Shown in pieces: positions 42,501 through 56,698 of a stretch of 64,000 nucleotides of DNA (positions are counted from its first letter, which is position 1; each line of letters begins with the position of its first letter). The notes beneath the pieces are model-generated. The model ran no database searches and was not told the origin of the DNA. It saw only the letters and a list, made by a program, of their open reading frames with translations. The translations under genes and the position numbers were made by a program. Source of the stretch: Eledone cirrhosa (taxonomy: Eukaryota); the NCBI GenBank assembly GCA_964016885.1, contig OZ024741.1, positions 52,700,001 through 52,764,000 on the forward strand, read 5' to 3'.

Positions 42501-45500
42501 GTTGTGGTTGTTGTTATTGCTGTTCTTGTTGTGGTTGTTGTTATTGCTATTCTTGTTGTGGTTGTTGTTATTGCTGTTCTTGTTTTGGTTGTTCTTATTG
42601 TTGTTCTTGTTGTGGTTGTCCTTATTGCTGTTCTTGTTGTGGTTGTTGTTATTGCTGTTCTCGTTGTGGTTGTTGTTATTGCTGTTCTTGTTGTGGTTTT
42701 TGTTATTGCTGTTCTTTTTGTGGTTGTTGTTATTGCTGTTCTTGTTGTGGTGGTTGTTATTTCTGTTTTTGTTGTGGTTGATGCTATTGCCGTTCTTGTT
42801 GTGGTTGTTGCTATTGCTGTTCTTGTTGTGGTTGTTGTTATGGCTGTTCTTGTTGTGGTTGTTTTTATTGCTGTTCTTGTTGTGGTGGTTGTTATTGCTG
42901 TTCTTGTTGTGGTTATTCTTATTGCTGTGTTGTTGTGGTTGTTGTTATTGCTGCTCTTGTTGTGGTTGTTCTTATTGCTGTTCTTGTTGTGGTTCTTGGT
43001 ATTGCAGTTCTTGTTGTGGTTGTTGTTATTGCTGTTCTTGTTGTGGTTGTTGTTATTGCTGTTCTTGTTGTGGTTGTTGTTACTGCTGTTCTTGTTGTGG
43101 TGGTTGTTATTGCTGTTTTTGTTGTGGTTCTTGCTATTGCTTTTCTTGTTGTGGTTGTTGTTATTGCTGTTCTTGTTGTGGTTGTTGTTATTGCTGTTCT
43201 TGTTGTGGTTGTTCTTATTGCTGTTCTTGTTGTGGTTGTTGTTATTTCTGTTCTTGCTGTGGTGGTTGTTATTGCTGTTCTTGTTGTGGTTATTCTTATT
43301 GCTGTTTTGTTGTGGTTGTTGTTATTGCTGCTCTTGTTGTGGTCTTTGTTATTGTTGTTCTTGTTGTGGTTGTGTTATTGCTGTTCTTGTTGTGGTTGTT
43401 GTTATTGCTGTTCTTGTTGTGGTCGTTGTTATTGTTGTACTTGTTGTGGTTGTTGTTATTGCTGTTCTTTTTGTGGTTGTTGTTATTGCTGTTCTTGTTG
43501 TGGTTGTTGTTATTGCTGTTCTTGTTGTGGTCTTTGTTATTGCTGTTCCTGTTGTGGTTGTTCTTATTGCTGTTCTTGTTGTGGTTGTTGTTATTTCTGT
43601 TCTTGTTGTGATGGTTGTTATTGCCGTTCTTATTGTGGTTATTCTTATTGCTGTTTTGTTGTGGTTGTTGTTATTGCTGTTCATGTTGTGGTTGATCTTA
43701 TTGCTGTTCTTGTTGTGGTTGTTCTTATTGCTGTTCTTGATGTGGTTGTTGTTATTGCTGTTCTTGTTGTGGTTGTTCTTATTGCTGTTCTTGTTGTGGT
43801 TGTTCTTATTGCTGTTCTTGTTGTGGTTGTTCTTATTGCTGTTCTTGTTGTGGTTGTTCTTATTGCTGTTCTTGTTGAGGTTGTTCTTATTGCTGTTCTT
43901 GTTGTGGTTGTTGTTACTGCTGTCCTTGTTGTGGTTGTTGTTATTGCTGTTCTTGTTGTGGTTGTTCTTATTGCTGTTCTTGTTGTGGTTGTTGCTATTG
44001 CTTTTCTTTTTGTGGTTGTTGTTATTGCCGTTCTTGTTGTGGTTGTTGTTATTGCTGTTCTTGTTGTGGTTGTTCTTATTGTTGTTCTTGTTGTTGTTGT
44101 TGTTATTTCTGTTCTTGTTGTGATGGTTGTTATTGCCGTTCTTATTGTGGTTATTCTTATTGTTGTTTTGTTGTGGTTGTTGTTATTGCTGCTCTTGTTG
44201 TGGTTGTTCTTATTGCTGTTCTTGTTGTGGGTGTTGTTATTGCTGTTCTTGTTGTGGTGGTTGTTATTGCTGTACTTGTTGTGGTTGTTCTTATTGCTGT
44301 TCTTGTTGTGGTTGTTGTTATTGCTGTTCTTTTTGTGGTTGTTGTTATTGCTGTTCTTGTTGTGGTTGTTCTTATTACTATTCTTATTGTGGTTGTTGTT
44401 ATTGCTGTTCTTGTTGTGGTTGTTGTTATTGCTGTTCTTGTTGTGGTGGTTGTTATTGCTGTTCTTGTTGTGGTTGTTCTTGTTGCTGTTCTTGTTGTTG
44501 TTGTTGTTATTGCTGTTCTCGTTGTGGTTGTTGTTATTGCTGTTCTTGTTGTGGTTGTTCTTATTGCTGTTCTTGTTGTGGTTGTTGTTATTGCTGTTCT
44601 TGTTGTGGTTGTTGTTATTGCTGTTCTCGTTGTGGTTGTTGTTATTGCTGTTCTTGTTGTGGTTGTTCTTATTGCTGTTCTTGTTATGGTTGTTGTTATT
44701 GCTGTTCTTGTTGTGGTTGTTGTTATTGCTGTTCTTTTTGTGGTTGTTGTTATTGCTGTTCTTGTTGTGGTGGTTGTTATTTCTGTTCTTGTTGTGGTTG
44801 ATGCTATTGCCGTTCTTGTTGTGGTTGTTGCTATTGCTGTTCTTGTTGTGGTTGTTGTTATTGCTGTTCTTGTTGTGGTTGTTGTTATTGCTGTTCTTGT
44901 TGTGGTGGTTGTTATTGCTGTTCTTGTTGTGGTTATTCTTATTGCTGTGTTGTTGTGGTTGTTGTTTTTGCTGCTCTTGTTGTGGTTGTTCTTATTGCTG
45001 TTCTTGTTGTGGTTCTTGGTATTGCAGTTCTTGTTGTGGTTGTTGTTATTGCTGTTCTTGTTGTGGTTGTTGTTATTGCTGTTCTTGTTGTGGTTGTTGT
45101 TACTGCTGTTCTTGTTGTGGTGGTTGTTATTGCTGTTCTTGTTGTGGTTGTTGTTATTGCTGTTCTTGTTGTGGTTGTTCTTATTGCTGTCCTTGTTGTG
45201 ATTGTTGATATTGCTTTTCTTGTTGTGGTTGTTCTTCTTGCTGTTCTTGTTGTGGTTGTTGTTATTGCTGTTCTTGTTATGGTGGTTGTTATTGCTGTTC
45301 TTGTTGTGGTTGATGCTATTGCCGTTCTTGTTGTGGTTGTTGTTATTGCTGTTCTTGTTGTGGTTGTTGTTATTGCTGTTCTTGTTGTGGTTGTTGTTAT
45401 TGCTGTTCTTGTTGTGGTGGTTGTTATTGCTGTTCTTGTTGTGGTTATTCTTATTGCTGTTTTGTTGTGGTTGTTGTTATTGCTGCTCTTGTTGTGGTTG

Positions 45501-48500
45501 TTGTTATTGTTGTTCTTATTGTGGTTGTTGTTATTGCTGTTCTTGTTGTAGTTGTTCTTATTGCTGTTCTTGTTGTGGTTGTTGTTACTGCTGTTCTTGT
45601 TGTGTTTGTTGTTATTGCTGTTCTTGTTGTGGTTGTTCTTATTGCTGTTTTTGTTGTGGTTGTTGCTATTGCTTTTCTTGTTGTGGTTGTTGTTATTGCT
45701 GTTCTTGTTGTAGTTGTTCTTATTGCTGTTCTTGTTGTGGTTGTTGTTATTTCTGTTCTTGTTGTGGTGGTTGTTATTGCTGTTCTTGTTGTGGTTATCC
45801 TTATTGCTGTTTTGTTGTGGTTGTTGTTATTGCTGCTCTTGTTGTGGTCTTGTTATTGTTGTTCTTCTTGTGGTTGTGTTATTGCTGTTCTTGTTGTGGT
45901 TGTTGTTATTGCTGTTCTTGTTGTGGTCGTTGTTATTGCTGTTCTTGTTGTGGTTGTTGTTATTGCTGTTCTTGTTGTGGTTGTTGTTATTGCTGTTCTT
46001 GTTGTGGTCGTTGTTATTGCTGTTCTTGTTGTGGTTGTTCTTATTGCTGTTCTTGTTGTGGTTGTTGTTATTTCTGTTCATGTTGTGGTTGATCTTATTG
46101 CTGTTCTTGTTGTGGTTGTTCTTATTGCTGTTCTTGATGTGGTTGTTGTTATTGCTGTTCTTGTTGTGGTTGTTCTTATTGCATTTCTTGTTGTGGTTGT
46201 TGTTATTGCTGTTCATGTTGTGGTTGATCTTATTGCTGTTCTTGTTGTGGTTGTTCTTATTGCTGTTCTTGATGTGGTTGTTGTTATTGCTGTTCTTGTT
46301 GTGGTTGTTCTTATTGCTGTTCTTGTTGTGGTTGTTGTTATTTCTGTTCTTGTTGTGATGGTTGTTATTGCCGTTCTTATTGTGGTTATTCTTATTGCTG
46401 TTTTGTTGTGGTTGTTGTTATTGCTGCTCTTGTTGTGGTTGTTCTTATTGCTGTTCTGGTTGTGGTTGTTGTTATTGCTGTTCATGTTGTAGTTGATCTT
46501 ATTGCTGTTCTTGTTGTGGTTGTTCTTATTGCTGTTCTTGATGTGGTTGTTGTTATTGCTGTTCTTGTTGTGGTTGTTGTTACTGCTGTTCTTGTTGTGG
46601 TTGTTGTTATTGCTGTTCTTGTTGTGGTTGTTCTTATTGCTGTTCTTGTTGTGGTTGTTGCTATTGCTTTTCTTGTTGTGGTTGTTGTTATTGCTGTTCT
46701 TGTTGTGGTTGTTGTTATTGCTGTTCTTGTTGTGGTTGTTCTTATTGTTGTTCTTGTTGTGGTTGTTGTTATTTCTGTTCTTGTTGTGATGGTTGTTATT
46801 GCCGTTCTTATTGTGGTTATTCTTATTGCTGTTTTGTTGTGGTTGTTGTTATTGCTGCTCTTGTTGTGGTTGTTCTTATTGCTGTTCTTATTGTGGTTGT
46901 TGTTATTGCTGTTCTTGTTGTGGTGGTTGTTATTGCTGTTCTTGTTGTGGTGGTTGTTATTGCTGTTCTTGTTGTGGTTGTTCTTGTTGCTGTTCTTGTT
47001 GTGGTTGTTGTTATTGCTGTTCTCGTTGTGGTTGTTGTTATTGCTGTTCTTGTTGTGGTTGTTCTTATTGCTGTTCTTGTTGTGGTTGTTGTTATTGCTG
47101 TTCTTGTTGTGGTTGTTGTTATTGCTGTTCTTGTTGTGGTGCTTGTTATTGCTGTTCTTGTTGTGGTTGTCCTTATTGCTGTTCTTGTTGTGGTTGTTGT
47201 TATTGCTGTTCTCGTTGTGGTTGTTGTTATTGCTGTTCTTGTTGTGGTTGTTCTTATTGCTGTTCTTGTTGTGGTTGTTGTTATTGCTGTTCTTGTTGTG
47301 GTTGTTGTTATTGCTGTTCTCGTTGTGGTTGTTGTTATTGCTGTTCTTGTTGTGGTTGTTCTTATTGCTGTTCTTGTTGTGGTTGTTGTTATTTCTGTTC
47401 TTTTTGTGGTTGTTCTTATTGCTGTTCTTGTTGTGGTTGTTCTTATTGCTGTTCTTGTTGTGGTTGTTCTTATTGCTGTTCTTGTTGTGGTTGTTCTTAT
47501 TGCTGTTCTTGTTGAGGTTGTTCTTATTGCTGTTCTTGTTGTGGTTGTTGTTACTGCTGTCCTTGTTGTGGTTGTTGTTATTGCTGTTCTTGTTGTGGTT
47601 GTTCTTATTGCTGTTCTTGTTGTGGTTGTTGCTATTGCTTTTCTTTTTGTGGTTGTTGTTATTGCCGTTCTTGTTGTGGTTGTTGTTATTGCTGTTCTTG
47701 TTGTGGTTGTTCTTATTGTTGTTCTTGTTGTTGTTGTTGTTATTTCTGTTCTTGTTGTGATGGTTGTTATTGCCGTTCTTATTGTGGTTATTCTTATTGT
47801 TGTTTTGTTGTGGTTGTTGTTATTGCTGCTCTTGTTGTGGTTGTTCTTATTGCTGTTCTTGTTGTGGGTGTTGTTATTGCTGTTCTTGTTGTGGTGGTTG
47901 TTATTGCTGTACTTGTTGTGGTTGTTCTTATTGCTGTTCTTGTTGTGGTTGTTGTTATTGCTGTTCTTTTTGTGGTTGTTGTTATTGCTGTTCTTGTTGT
48001 GGTTGTTCTTATTGCTATTCTTATTGTGGTTGTTGTTATTGCTGTTCTTGTTGTGGTTGTTGTTATTGCTGTTCTTGTTGTGGTGGTTGTTATTGCTGTT
48101 CTTGTTGTGGTTGTTCTTGTTGCTGTTCTTGTTGTTGTTGTTGTTATTGCTGTTCTCGTTGTGGTTGTTGTTATTGCTGTTCTTGTTGTGGTTGTTCTTA
48201 TTGCTGTTCTTGTTGTGGTTGTTGTTATTGCTGTTCTTGTTGTGGTTGTTGTTATTGCTGTTCTCGTTGTGGTTGTTGTTATTGCTGTTCTTGTTGTGGT
48301 TGTTCTTATTGCTGTTCTTGTTATGGTTGTTGTTATTGCTGTTCTTGTTGTGGTTGTTGTTATTGCTGTTCTTTTTGTGGTTGTTGTTATTGCTGTTCTT
48401 GTTGTGGTGGTTGTTATTTCTGTTCTTGTTGTGGTTGATGCTATTGCCGTTCTTGTTGTGGTTGTTGCTATTGCTGTTCTTGTTGTGGTTGTTGTTATTG

Positions 48501-51500
48501 CTGTTCTTGTTGTGGTTGTTGTTATTGCTGTTCTTGTTGTGGTGGTTGTTATTGCTGTTCTTGTTGTGGTTATTCTTATTGCTGTGTTGTTGTGGTTGTT
48601 GTTTTTGCTGCTCTTGTTGTGGTTGTTCTTATTGCTGTTCTTGTTGTGGTTCTTGGTATTGCAGTTCTTGTTGTGGTTGTTGTTATTGCTGTTCTTGTTG
48701 TGGTTGTTGTTATTGCTGTTCTTGTTGTGGTTGTTGTTACTGCTGTTCTTGTTGTGGTGGTTGTTATTGCTGTTCTTGTTGTGGTTGTTGTTATTGCTGT
48801 TCTTGTTGTGGTTGTTCTTATTGCTGTCCTTGTTGTGGTTGTTGATATTGCTTTTCTTGTCGTGGTTGTTCTTCTTGCTGTTCTTGTTGTGGTTGTTGTT
48901 ATTGCTGTTCTTGTTATGGTGGTTGTTATTGCTGTTCTTGTTGTGGTTGATGCTATTGCCGTTCTTGTTGTGGTTGTTGTTATTGCTGTTCTTGTTGTGG
49001 TTGTTGTTATTGCTGTTCTTGTTGTGGTTGTTGTTATTGCTGTTCTTGTTGTGGTGGTTGTTATTGCTGTTCTTGTTGTGGTTATTCTTATTGCTGTTTT
49101 GTTGTGGTTGTTGTTATTGCTGCTCTTGTTGTGGTTGTTGTTATTGTTGTTCTTATTGTGGTTGTTGTTATTGCTGTTCTTGTTGTAGTTGTTCTTATTG
49201 CTGTTCTTGTTGTGGTTGTTGTTACTGCTGTTCTTGTTGTGTTTGTTGTTATTGCTGTTCTTGTTGTGGTTGTTCTTATTGCTGTTTTTGTTGTGGTTGT
49301 TGCTATTGCTTTTCTTGTTGTGGTTGTTGTTATTGCTGTTCTTGTTGTAGTTGTTCTTATTGCTGTTCTTGTTGTGGTTGTTGTTATTTCTGTTCTTGTT
49401 GTGGTGGTTGTTATTGCTGTTCTTGTTGTGGTTATTCTTATTGCTGTTTTGTTGTGGTTGTTATTATTGCTGCTCTTGTTGTGGTCTTGTTATTGTTGTT
49501 CTTCTTGTGGTTGTGTTATTGCTGTTCTTGTTGTGGTTGTTGTTATTGCTGTTCTTGTTGTGGTCGTTGTTATTGCTGTTCTTGTTGTGGTTGTTGTTAT
49601 TGCTGTTCTTGTTGTGGTTGTTGTTATTGCTGTTCTTGTTGTGGTCGTTGTTATTGCTGTTCTTGTTGTGGTTGTTCTTATTGCTGTTCTTGTTGTGGTT
49701 GTTGTTATTTCTGTTCATGTTGTGGTTGATCTTATTGCTGTTCTTGTTGTGGTTGTTCTTATTGCTGTTCTTGATGTGGTTGTTGTTATTGCTGTTCTTG
49801 TTGTGGTTGTTCTTATTGCATTTCTTGTTGTGGTTGTTGTTATTGCTGTTCATGTTGTGGTTGATCTTATTGCTGTTCTTGTTGTGGTTGTTCTTATTGC
49901 TGTTCTTGATGTGGTTGTTGTTATTGCTGTTCTTGTTGTGGTTGTTCTTATTGCTGTTCTTGTTGTGGTTGTTGTTATTTCTGTTCTTGTTGTGATGGTT
50001 GTTATTGCCGTTCTTATTGTGGTTATTCTTATTGCTGTTTTGTTGTGGTTGTTGTTATTGCTGCTCTTGTTGTGGTTGTTCTTATTGCTGTTCTGGTTGT
50101 GGTTGTTGTTATTGCTGTTCATGTTGTAGTTGATCTTATTGCTGTTCTTGTTGTGGTTGTTCTTATTGCTGTTCTTGATGTGGTTGTTGTTATTGCTGTT
50201 CTTGTTGTGGTTGTTGTTACTGCTGTTCTTGTTGTGGTTGTTGTTATTGCTGTTCTTGTTGTGGTTGTTCTTATTGCTGTTCTTGTTGTGGTTGTTGCTA
50301 TTGCTTTTCTTGTTGTGGTTGTTGTTATTGCTGTTCTTGTTGTGGTTGTTGTTATTGCTGTTCTTGTTGTGGTTGTTCTTATTGTTGTTCTTGTTGTGGT
50401 TGTTGTTATTTCTGTTCTTGTTGTGATGGTTGTTATTGCCGTTCTTATTGTGGTTATTCTTATTGCTGTTTTGTTGTGGTTGTTGTTATTGCTGCTCTTG
50501 TTGTGGTTGTTCTTATTGCTGTTCTTATTGTGGTTGTTGTTATTGCTGTTCTTGTTGTGGTGGTTGTTATTGCTGTTCTTGTTGTGGTGGTTGTTATTGC
50601 TGTTCTTGTTGTGGTTGTTCTTGTTGCTGTTCTTGTTGTGGTTGTTGTTATTGCTGTTCTCGTTGTGGTTGTTGTTATTGCTGTTCTTGTTGTGGTTGTT
50701 CTTATTGCTGTTCTTGTTGTGGTTGTTGTTATTGCTGTTCTTGTTGTGGTTGTTGTTATTGCTGTTCTTGTTGTGGTGCTTGTTATTGCTGTTCTTGTTG
50801 TGGTTGTCCTTATTGCTGTTCTTGTTGTGGTTGTTGTTATTGCTGTTCTCGTTGTGGTTGTTGTTATTGCTGTTCTTCTTGTGGTTGTTCTTATTGCTGT
50901 TCTTGTTGTGGTTGTTGTTATTGCTGTTCTTGTTGTGGTTGTTGTTATTGCTGTTCTCGTTGTGGTTGTTGTTATTGCTGTTCTTGTTGTGGTTGTTCTT
51001 ATTGCTGTTCTTGTTGTGGTTGTTGTTATTTCTGTTCTTTTTGTGGTTGTTGTTATTGCTGTTCTTGTTGTGGTGGTTGTTATTTCTGTTCTTGTTGTGG
51101 TTGATGCTATTGCCGTTCTTGTTGTGGTTGTTGCTATTGCTGTTCTTGTTGTGGTTGTTGTTATTGCTGTTCTTGTTGTGGTTGTTGTTACTGCTGTTCT
51201 TGTTGTGGTGGTTGTTATTGCTGTTCTTGTTGTGGTTGTTGTTATTGCTGTTCTTGTTGTGGTTGTTCTTATTGCTGTTCTTGTTATGGTTGTTGTTATT
51301 GCTGTTCTTGTTGTGGTTGTTTTTAATGTTGTTCTTGTTGTGGTTGTTCTTATTTCTGTTCTTGTTGTTGCCGTTTTTATTGCTGTTCTTGTTGTGGTTG
51401 TTGTTATTGCTGTTCTTGTTGTGGTTGTTGTTATTGCTGTTCTTGTAGTGGTGGTTGTTATTGCTGTTCTTGTTGTGGTTGTTCTTGTTGATGTTCTTGT

Positions 51501-54365
51501 TGTGGTTGTTGTTATTTCTGTTCTTGTTGTGGTGGTTGTTATTGCTGTTCTTGTTGTGGTTATTCTTATTGCTGTTTTGTTGTGGTTGTTGTTATTGCTG
51601 CTCTTGTTGTGGTCTTTCTTATTGTTGTTCTTGTTGTGGTTGTTGTTATTGCTGTACTTGTTGTGGTTGTTGTTATTGCTGTTCTTGTTGTGGTCGTTGT
51701 TATTGCTGTTCTTGTTGTGGTTGTTGTTATTGCTGTCCTTGTTGTGGTTGTTGTTATTGCTGTTCTTGTTGTGGTTGTTGTTATTGCTGTTCTTGTTGTG
51801 GTCTTTGTTATTGCTGTTCTTGTTGTGGTTGTTGTTATTGCTCTTCTTGTTGTGGTTGTTGTTATTGCTGTTCTTGTTGTGGTTGTTGTTATTGCTGTTC
51901 TTGTTGTGGTTGTTCTTATTGCTGTTCTTGTTATGGTTGTTGTTATTGCTGTTCTTGTTGTGGTTGTTGTTAATGTTGTTCTTGTTGTGGTTGTTGTCAT
52001 TGCTGTTCTTGTTGTTGTCGTTGTTATTGCTGTTCTTGTTGTGGTTGTTGTTATTGCTGTTCTTGTTGTGGTTGTTGTTATTGCTGTTCTTGTTGTGGTG
52101 GTCGTTATTGCTGTTCTTGTTGTGGTTGTTCTTGTTGCTGTTCTTGTTGTGGTTGTTGTTATTGCTGTGGTTGTTGTTATTGCTGTACTTGTTGTGGTTG
52201 TTCTTATTGCTGTTCTTGTTGCGGTTGTTGTTATTGCTGTTCTTGTTGTGGTTGTTGTTATTGCTGTTCTTGTTGTGGTTGTTGTTATTGCTGTTCATGT
52301 TGTGGTTGTTCTTATTGCTGCTCTTGTTGTGGTTGTTGTTATTGCTGTTCTTGTTGTGGTTGTTCTTATTGCTGTCCTTGTTGTGGTTGTTGATATTGCT
52401 TTTCTTGTTGTGGTTATTCTTCTTGCTGTTCTTGTTGTGGTTGTTGTTATTGCTGTTCTTGTTATGGTGGTTGTTATTGCTGTTCTTGTTGTGGGTGATG
52501 CTATTGCCGTTCTTGTTGTGGTTGTTGCTATTGCTGTTCTTGTTGTGGTTGTTCTTATTGCTGTTCTTGTTGTGGTTGTTGTTATTGCTGTTCTTATTGT
52601 GGTGGTTGTTATTGCTGTTCTTGTTGTGGTTGTTGTTATTGCTGTTCTTGTTGTGGTTGTTGTTATTGCTGTTCTTGTCGTGGTTGTTGTTATTGTTGTT
52701 CTTGTTGTGGTTGTTCTTATTGCTGTTCTTGTTGTGGTGGTTGTTATTGCTGTTCTTGTTGTGGTTGTTCTTGTTGCTGTTCTTGTTGTGGTTGTTGTTA
52801 TTGCTGTTCTCGTTGTGGTTGTTGTTATTGCTGTACTTGTTGTGGTTGTTCTTATTGCTGTTCTTGTTGCGGTTGTTGTTATTGCTGTTCTTGTTGTGGT
52901 TGTTGTTATTGCTGTTCTTGTTGTGGTTGTTCTTATTGCTGTTCATGTTGTGGTTGTTCTTATTGCTGCTCTTGTTGTGGTTGTTGTTATTGCTGTTCTT
53001 GTTGTGGTTGTTCTTATTGCTGTCCTTGTTGTGGTTGTTGATATTGCTTTTCTTGTTGTGGTTATTCTTCTTGCTGTTCTTGTTGTGGTTGTTGTTATTG
53101 CTGTTCTTGTTATGGTGGTTGTTATTGCTGTTCTTGTTGTGGGTGATGCTATTGCCGTTCTTGTTGTGGTTGTTGCTATTGCTGTTCTTGTTGTGGTTGT
53201 TCTTATTGCTGTTCTTGTTGTGGTTGTTGTTATTGCTGTTCTTATTGTGGTGGTTGTTATTGCTGTTCTTGTTGTGGTTGTTGTTATTGCTGTTCTTGTT
53301 GTGGTTGTTGTTATTGCTGTTCTTGTTGTGGTTGTTGTTATTGCTGTTCTTGTTGTGGTTGTTCTTATTGCTGTTCTTGTTGTGGTGATTGTTATTGCTG
53401 TTCTTGTTGTGGTTGTTCTTGTTGCTGTTCTTGTTGTGGTTGTTGTTATTGCTGTTCTCGTTGTGGTTGTTGTTATTGCTGTACTTGTTGTGGTTGTTCT
53501 TATTGCTGTTCTTGTTGCGGTTGTTGTTATTGCTGTTCTTGTTGTGGTTGTTGTTATTGCTGTTCTTGTTGTGGTTGTTGTTATTGCTGTTCATGTTGTG
53601 GTTGTTCTTATTGCTGCTCTTGTTGTGGTTGTTGTTATTGCTGTTCTTGTTGTGGTTGTTCTTATTGCTGTCCTTGTTGTGGTTGTTGATATTACTTTTC
53701 TTGTTGTGGTTATTCTTCTTGCTGTTCTTGTTGTGGTTGTTGTTATTGCTGTTCTTGTTATGGTGGTTGTTATTGCTGTTCTTGTTGTGGGTGATGCTAT
53801 TGCCGTTCTTGTTGTGGTTGTTGCTATTGCTGTTCTTGTTGTGGTTGTTCTTATTGCTGTTCTTGTTGTGGTTGTTGTTATTGCTGTTCTTATTGTGGTG
53901 GTTGTTATTGCTGTTCTTGTTGTGGTTGTTGTTATTGCTGTTCTTGTTGTGGTTGTTGTTATTGCTGTTCTTGTTGTGGTTGTTGTTATTGCTGTTCTTG
54001 TTGTGGTTGTTCTTATTGCTGTTCTTATTGTGGTTGTTGTTATTGCTGTTCTTGTTGTGGTTGATGTTATTGCTGTTCTTGTTGTGGTGGTTATTATTGC
54101 TGTTCTTGTTGTGGTTGTTCTTGTTGCTGTTCTTGTTGTGGTTGTTGTTATTGCTGTTCTCGTTGTGGTTGTTGTTATTGCTGTTCTTGTTGTGGTTGTT
54201 CTTATTGCTGTTCTTGTTGTGGTTGTCGTTATTGCTGTTCTTGTTGTGGTTGTTGTTATTGCTGTTCTTGTTGTGGTGGTTGTTTTTGCTGTTCTTGTTG
54301 TTGTTATTGCTGTTCTTGTTGTGGTTGTTGTTATTGCTGTTCTTGTTGTGGTTGTTGTTATTGCT
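27537..54365. repeat. 27-bp minisatellite/satellite array (TTATTGCTGTTCTTGTTGTGGTTGTTG), roughly 990 units, with higher-order repeats
   Basis: Seen directly. Variant units recur at periods of ~2047, ~3717, 3637 and 648 bp. Confidence 0.97.
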
Positions 54366-54478
54366 ACTGTTGTTTGTGTTATAATTGTTGTTACTCTTAT
54401 TCTCGCTGTCATCGTTGTTATTGTTGTTTTTCGTTTCGTTGTTTGTGTTATTATTGCTGTTGTTAATCATCATCCTCA

Positions 54479-54612
54479 TCTTCTTCTTCTTCTTCTTCTT
54501 CTTCTTCTTCTTCTTCTTCTTCTTCTTCTTCTTCTTCTTCTTCTTCTTCTTCTTCTTCTTCTTCTTCTTCTTCTTCTTCTTCTTCTTCTTCTTCTTCTTC
54601 TTCTTCTTCTTC
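54479..54612. repeat. Pure (TTC)n microsatellite
   Basis: Seen directly. Confidence 0.97.
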
Positions 54613-56264
54613 TCCCCCCCCCATCATCCCTAACACTTCCTCTTCCTTTCTTCTCCCTTTTCGTTTCATTACATATTTGTATGGTACATATTTCCACAAC
54701 AGCCTTTACACTGATATTGCTGTTGTTGTTGTTGTTGTTGCTATTGTATTGCTGTTGAGTTGTTGTTTTATTGATTGTTGTTGTTGTTGATGTAGTAGTC
54801 GTGTTGTGATCGATGTCTCATTATCATTGTCATTAAAGTCATTGATGTTGCTGTTATCACTATACCTGTTGCTCAAGTTGTGATTATTGTAGCTATTATT
54901 TCATGTTGCTGTTGATGTTTTTGTGGTTAGTGTCATATATTCTCATCGTTGTTGATGTTGTTGTTGTTGGTGTAGTAGTAAACCTGTTCTTTTAATTTAT
55001 TATTGTTGTCGTTGTTCATATATTTGCATGTAATCTCGCTGTCAGTGTCGTTATTATCATGGATGTTGTTTTTCATCTTCCTGTTTTCTTAATAGTCTTC
55101 TTTCTAGTCTCCAGAGTCGGAACGGAATTAATTCTGTAAAACGCATAATCGAAAACACACACACACACACACACACATACCCCCACCCCCACACGCACGC
55201 TCAGACGCATACATACACGCATGTACACACACAGTTGTGTAGAAGTCATTTCTATATGAAAGGAACATGTATCTTTTTTAGTAACGTATTGAGTACCTTA
55301 TTTAACGTCGGCTTCCTTCCGTTTCTCTTCATATATATATATATATGTTTGCACGTATGTATTCATGTATAAATATCTACATAGGTTATATATGGAGTGG
55401 TATTTCATCCTACCTCTATATACATTTCTATATACCTATAATAAGAAATACTACTTTCTGTGCGTGTGTGAGGATGCAATTCTCGCTTCAGCAAATATAA
55501 GTATTATCTCCTTAAATATTTAAGGAGATAAGCCGCAAGATGATATACGCCATTGCAATTTTGTATCGTTCTTCCGCCACGAAAGAATTTTTGCCTTTTA
55601 ATCAGAAGCGATTCACTGCGCAACTCGCATTTGGCTGTTCGAGTGGATCAAAGGGGGGAGAGAGTCGATAAAGAAAAAAAAAAAAATAATAAATAAATAA
55701 ATAAAACGCTTTCATTCAAAAATCGGTAAGGGTTCGAATTTCATCGTGGGTGATGATTTATGTTGTTTCAATTATGGCTCTGCCTCTTCCTGGTTCACAT
55801 CCCATCTTTGTTTAATTCAGTTACTGAACGAGAGGAGCGATGGAGGTGTTGTTCCACTCTTTTATACAGAATAAACGTTGTGTTAAATTCAAATGAATAA
55901 ACATCAAAAGAAAATCTGGTTCGAATTCGCATTATTTGAATCTCAAAATGTAGTTTTCTTTTTTCATACAGTCAAGACGTTTGAAGATTTTTTCTATTCA
56001 ATCACCTTTAATTTACCTACGTAACTGGAACTCTGATAGACCTTTCATATGGTTATAATAAGCTAAAATGCCAAATATTTTTTTCTTCCAGGTTTAAGTT
56101 TGGGGCCGCTACAGAACTTTAAACGTTACCTGTCATACACATCTAGTTATAGCTGACTGATTCCACAGTGCAGTCGGGACGCGAGGACAATCCGTACATT
56201 TGTATTGAAAAATACATAAAACACGAGACACACACAAAGAAACACAGGTACATGCGCACGCGCG

Positions 56265-56398
<134 letters not shown>

Positions 56399-56517
56399 TA
56401 TATATATATGCGTGTATATATATATGCGTGTAATATTGATGGACGTGAAAATGAGTACTCAATATCGATGTAGAGTTTAAATATATTTTATTTAAACTTG
56501 GAATGGGTAAAAGAATA

Positions 56518-56561
<44 letters not shown>

Positions 56562-56657
56562 GTTTGTTTTTATATTTTTTACACGACTGTATGTAAAATC
56601 CCCGGCATGTCTTTGTATTGTCCCCTTTCTTGTTGCGCCCTTGTGGCTAATAAAGAA

Positions 56658-56658
<1 letters not shown>
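56562..56658 (+). mobile_element. 3'-terminal fragment of a Tx1-like LINE within (TCTA)n
   Basis: Similar to 62370-62435 (TGTAAA.TCCCC..CTTTGTA.TTGTCCC..GCCCT.GTGGC.AATAAA(A)GAAA). Confidence 0.75.

Positions 56659-56698
<40 letters not shown>

Noticed and set aside
27537-54365. CRISPR-like or telomeric array
   Set aside because: No unique spacers, no cas genes, eukaryotic context, and no TTAGGG/TTAGG units.
26309-54758. Long Val/Leu/Cys-rich plus-strand and Asn/Thr-rich minus-strand ORFs (up to 1339 aa)
   Set aside because: They are by-products of a stop-poor 27-bp repeat. Recurrent 26-bp units switch frames and there are no unique domains.
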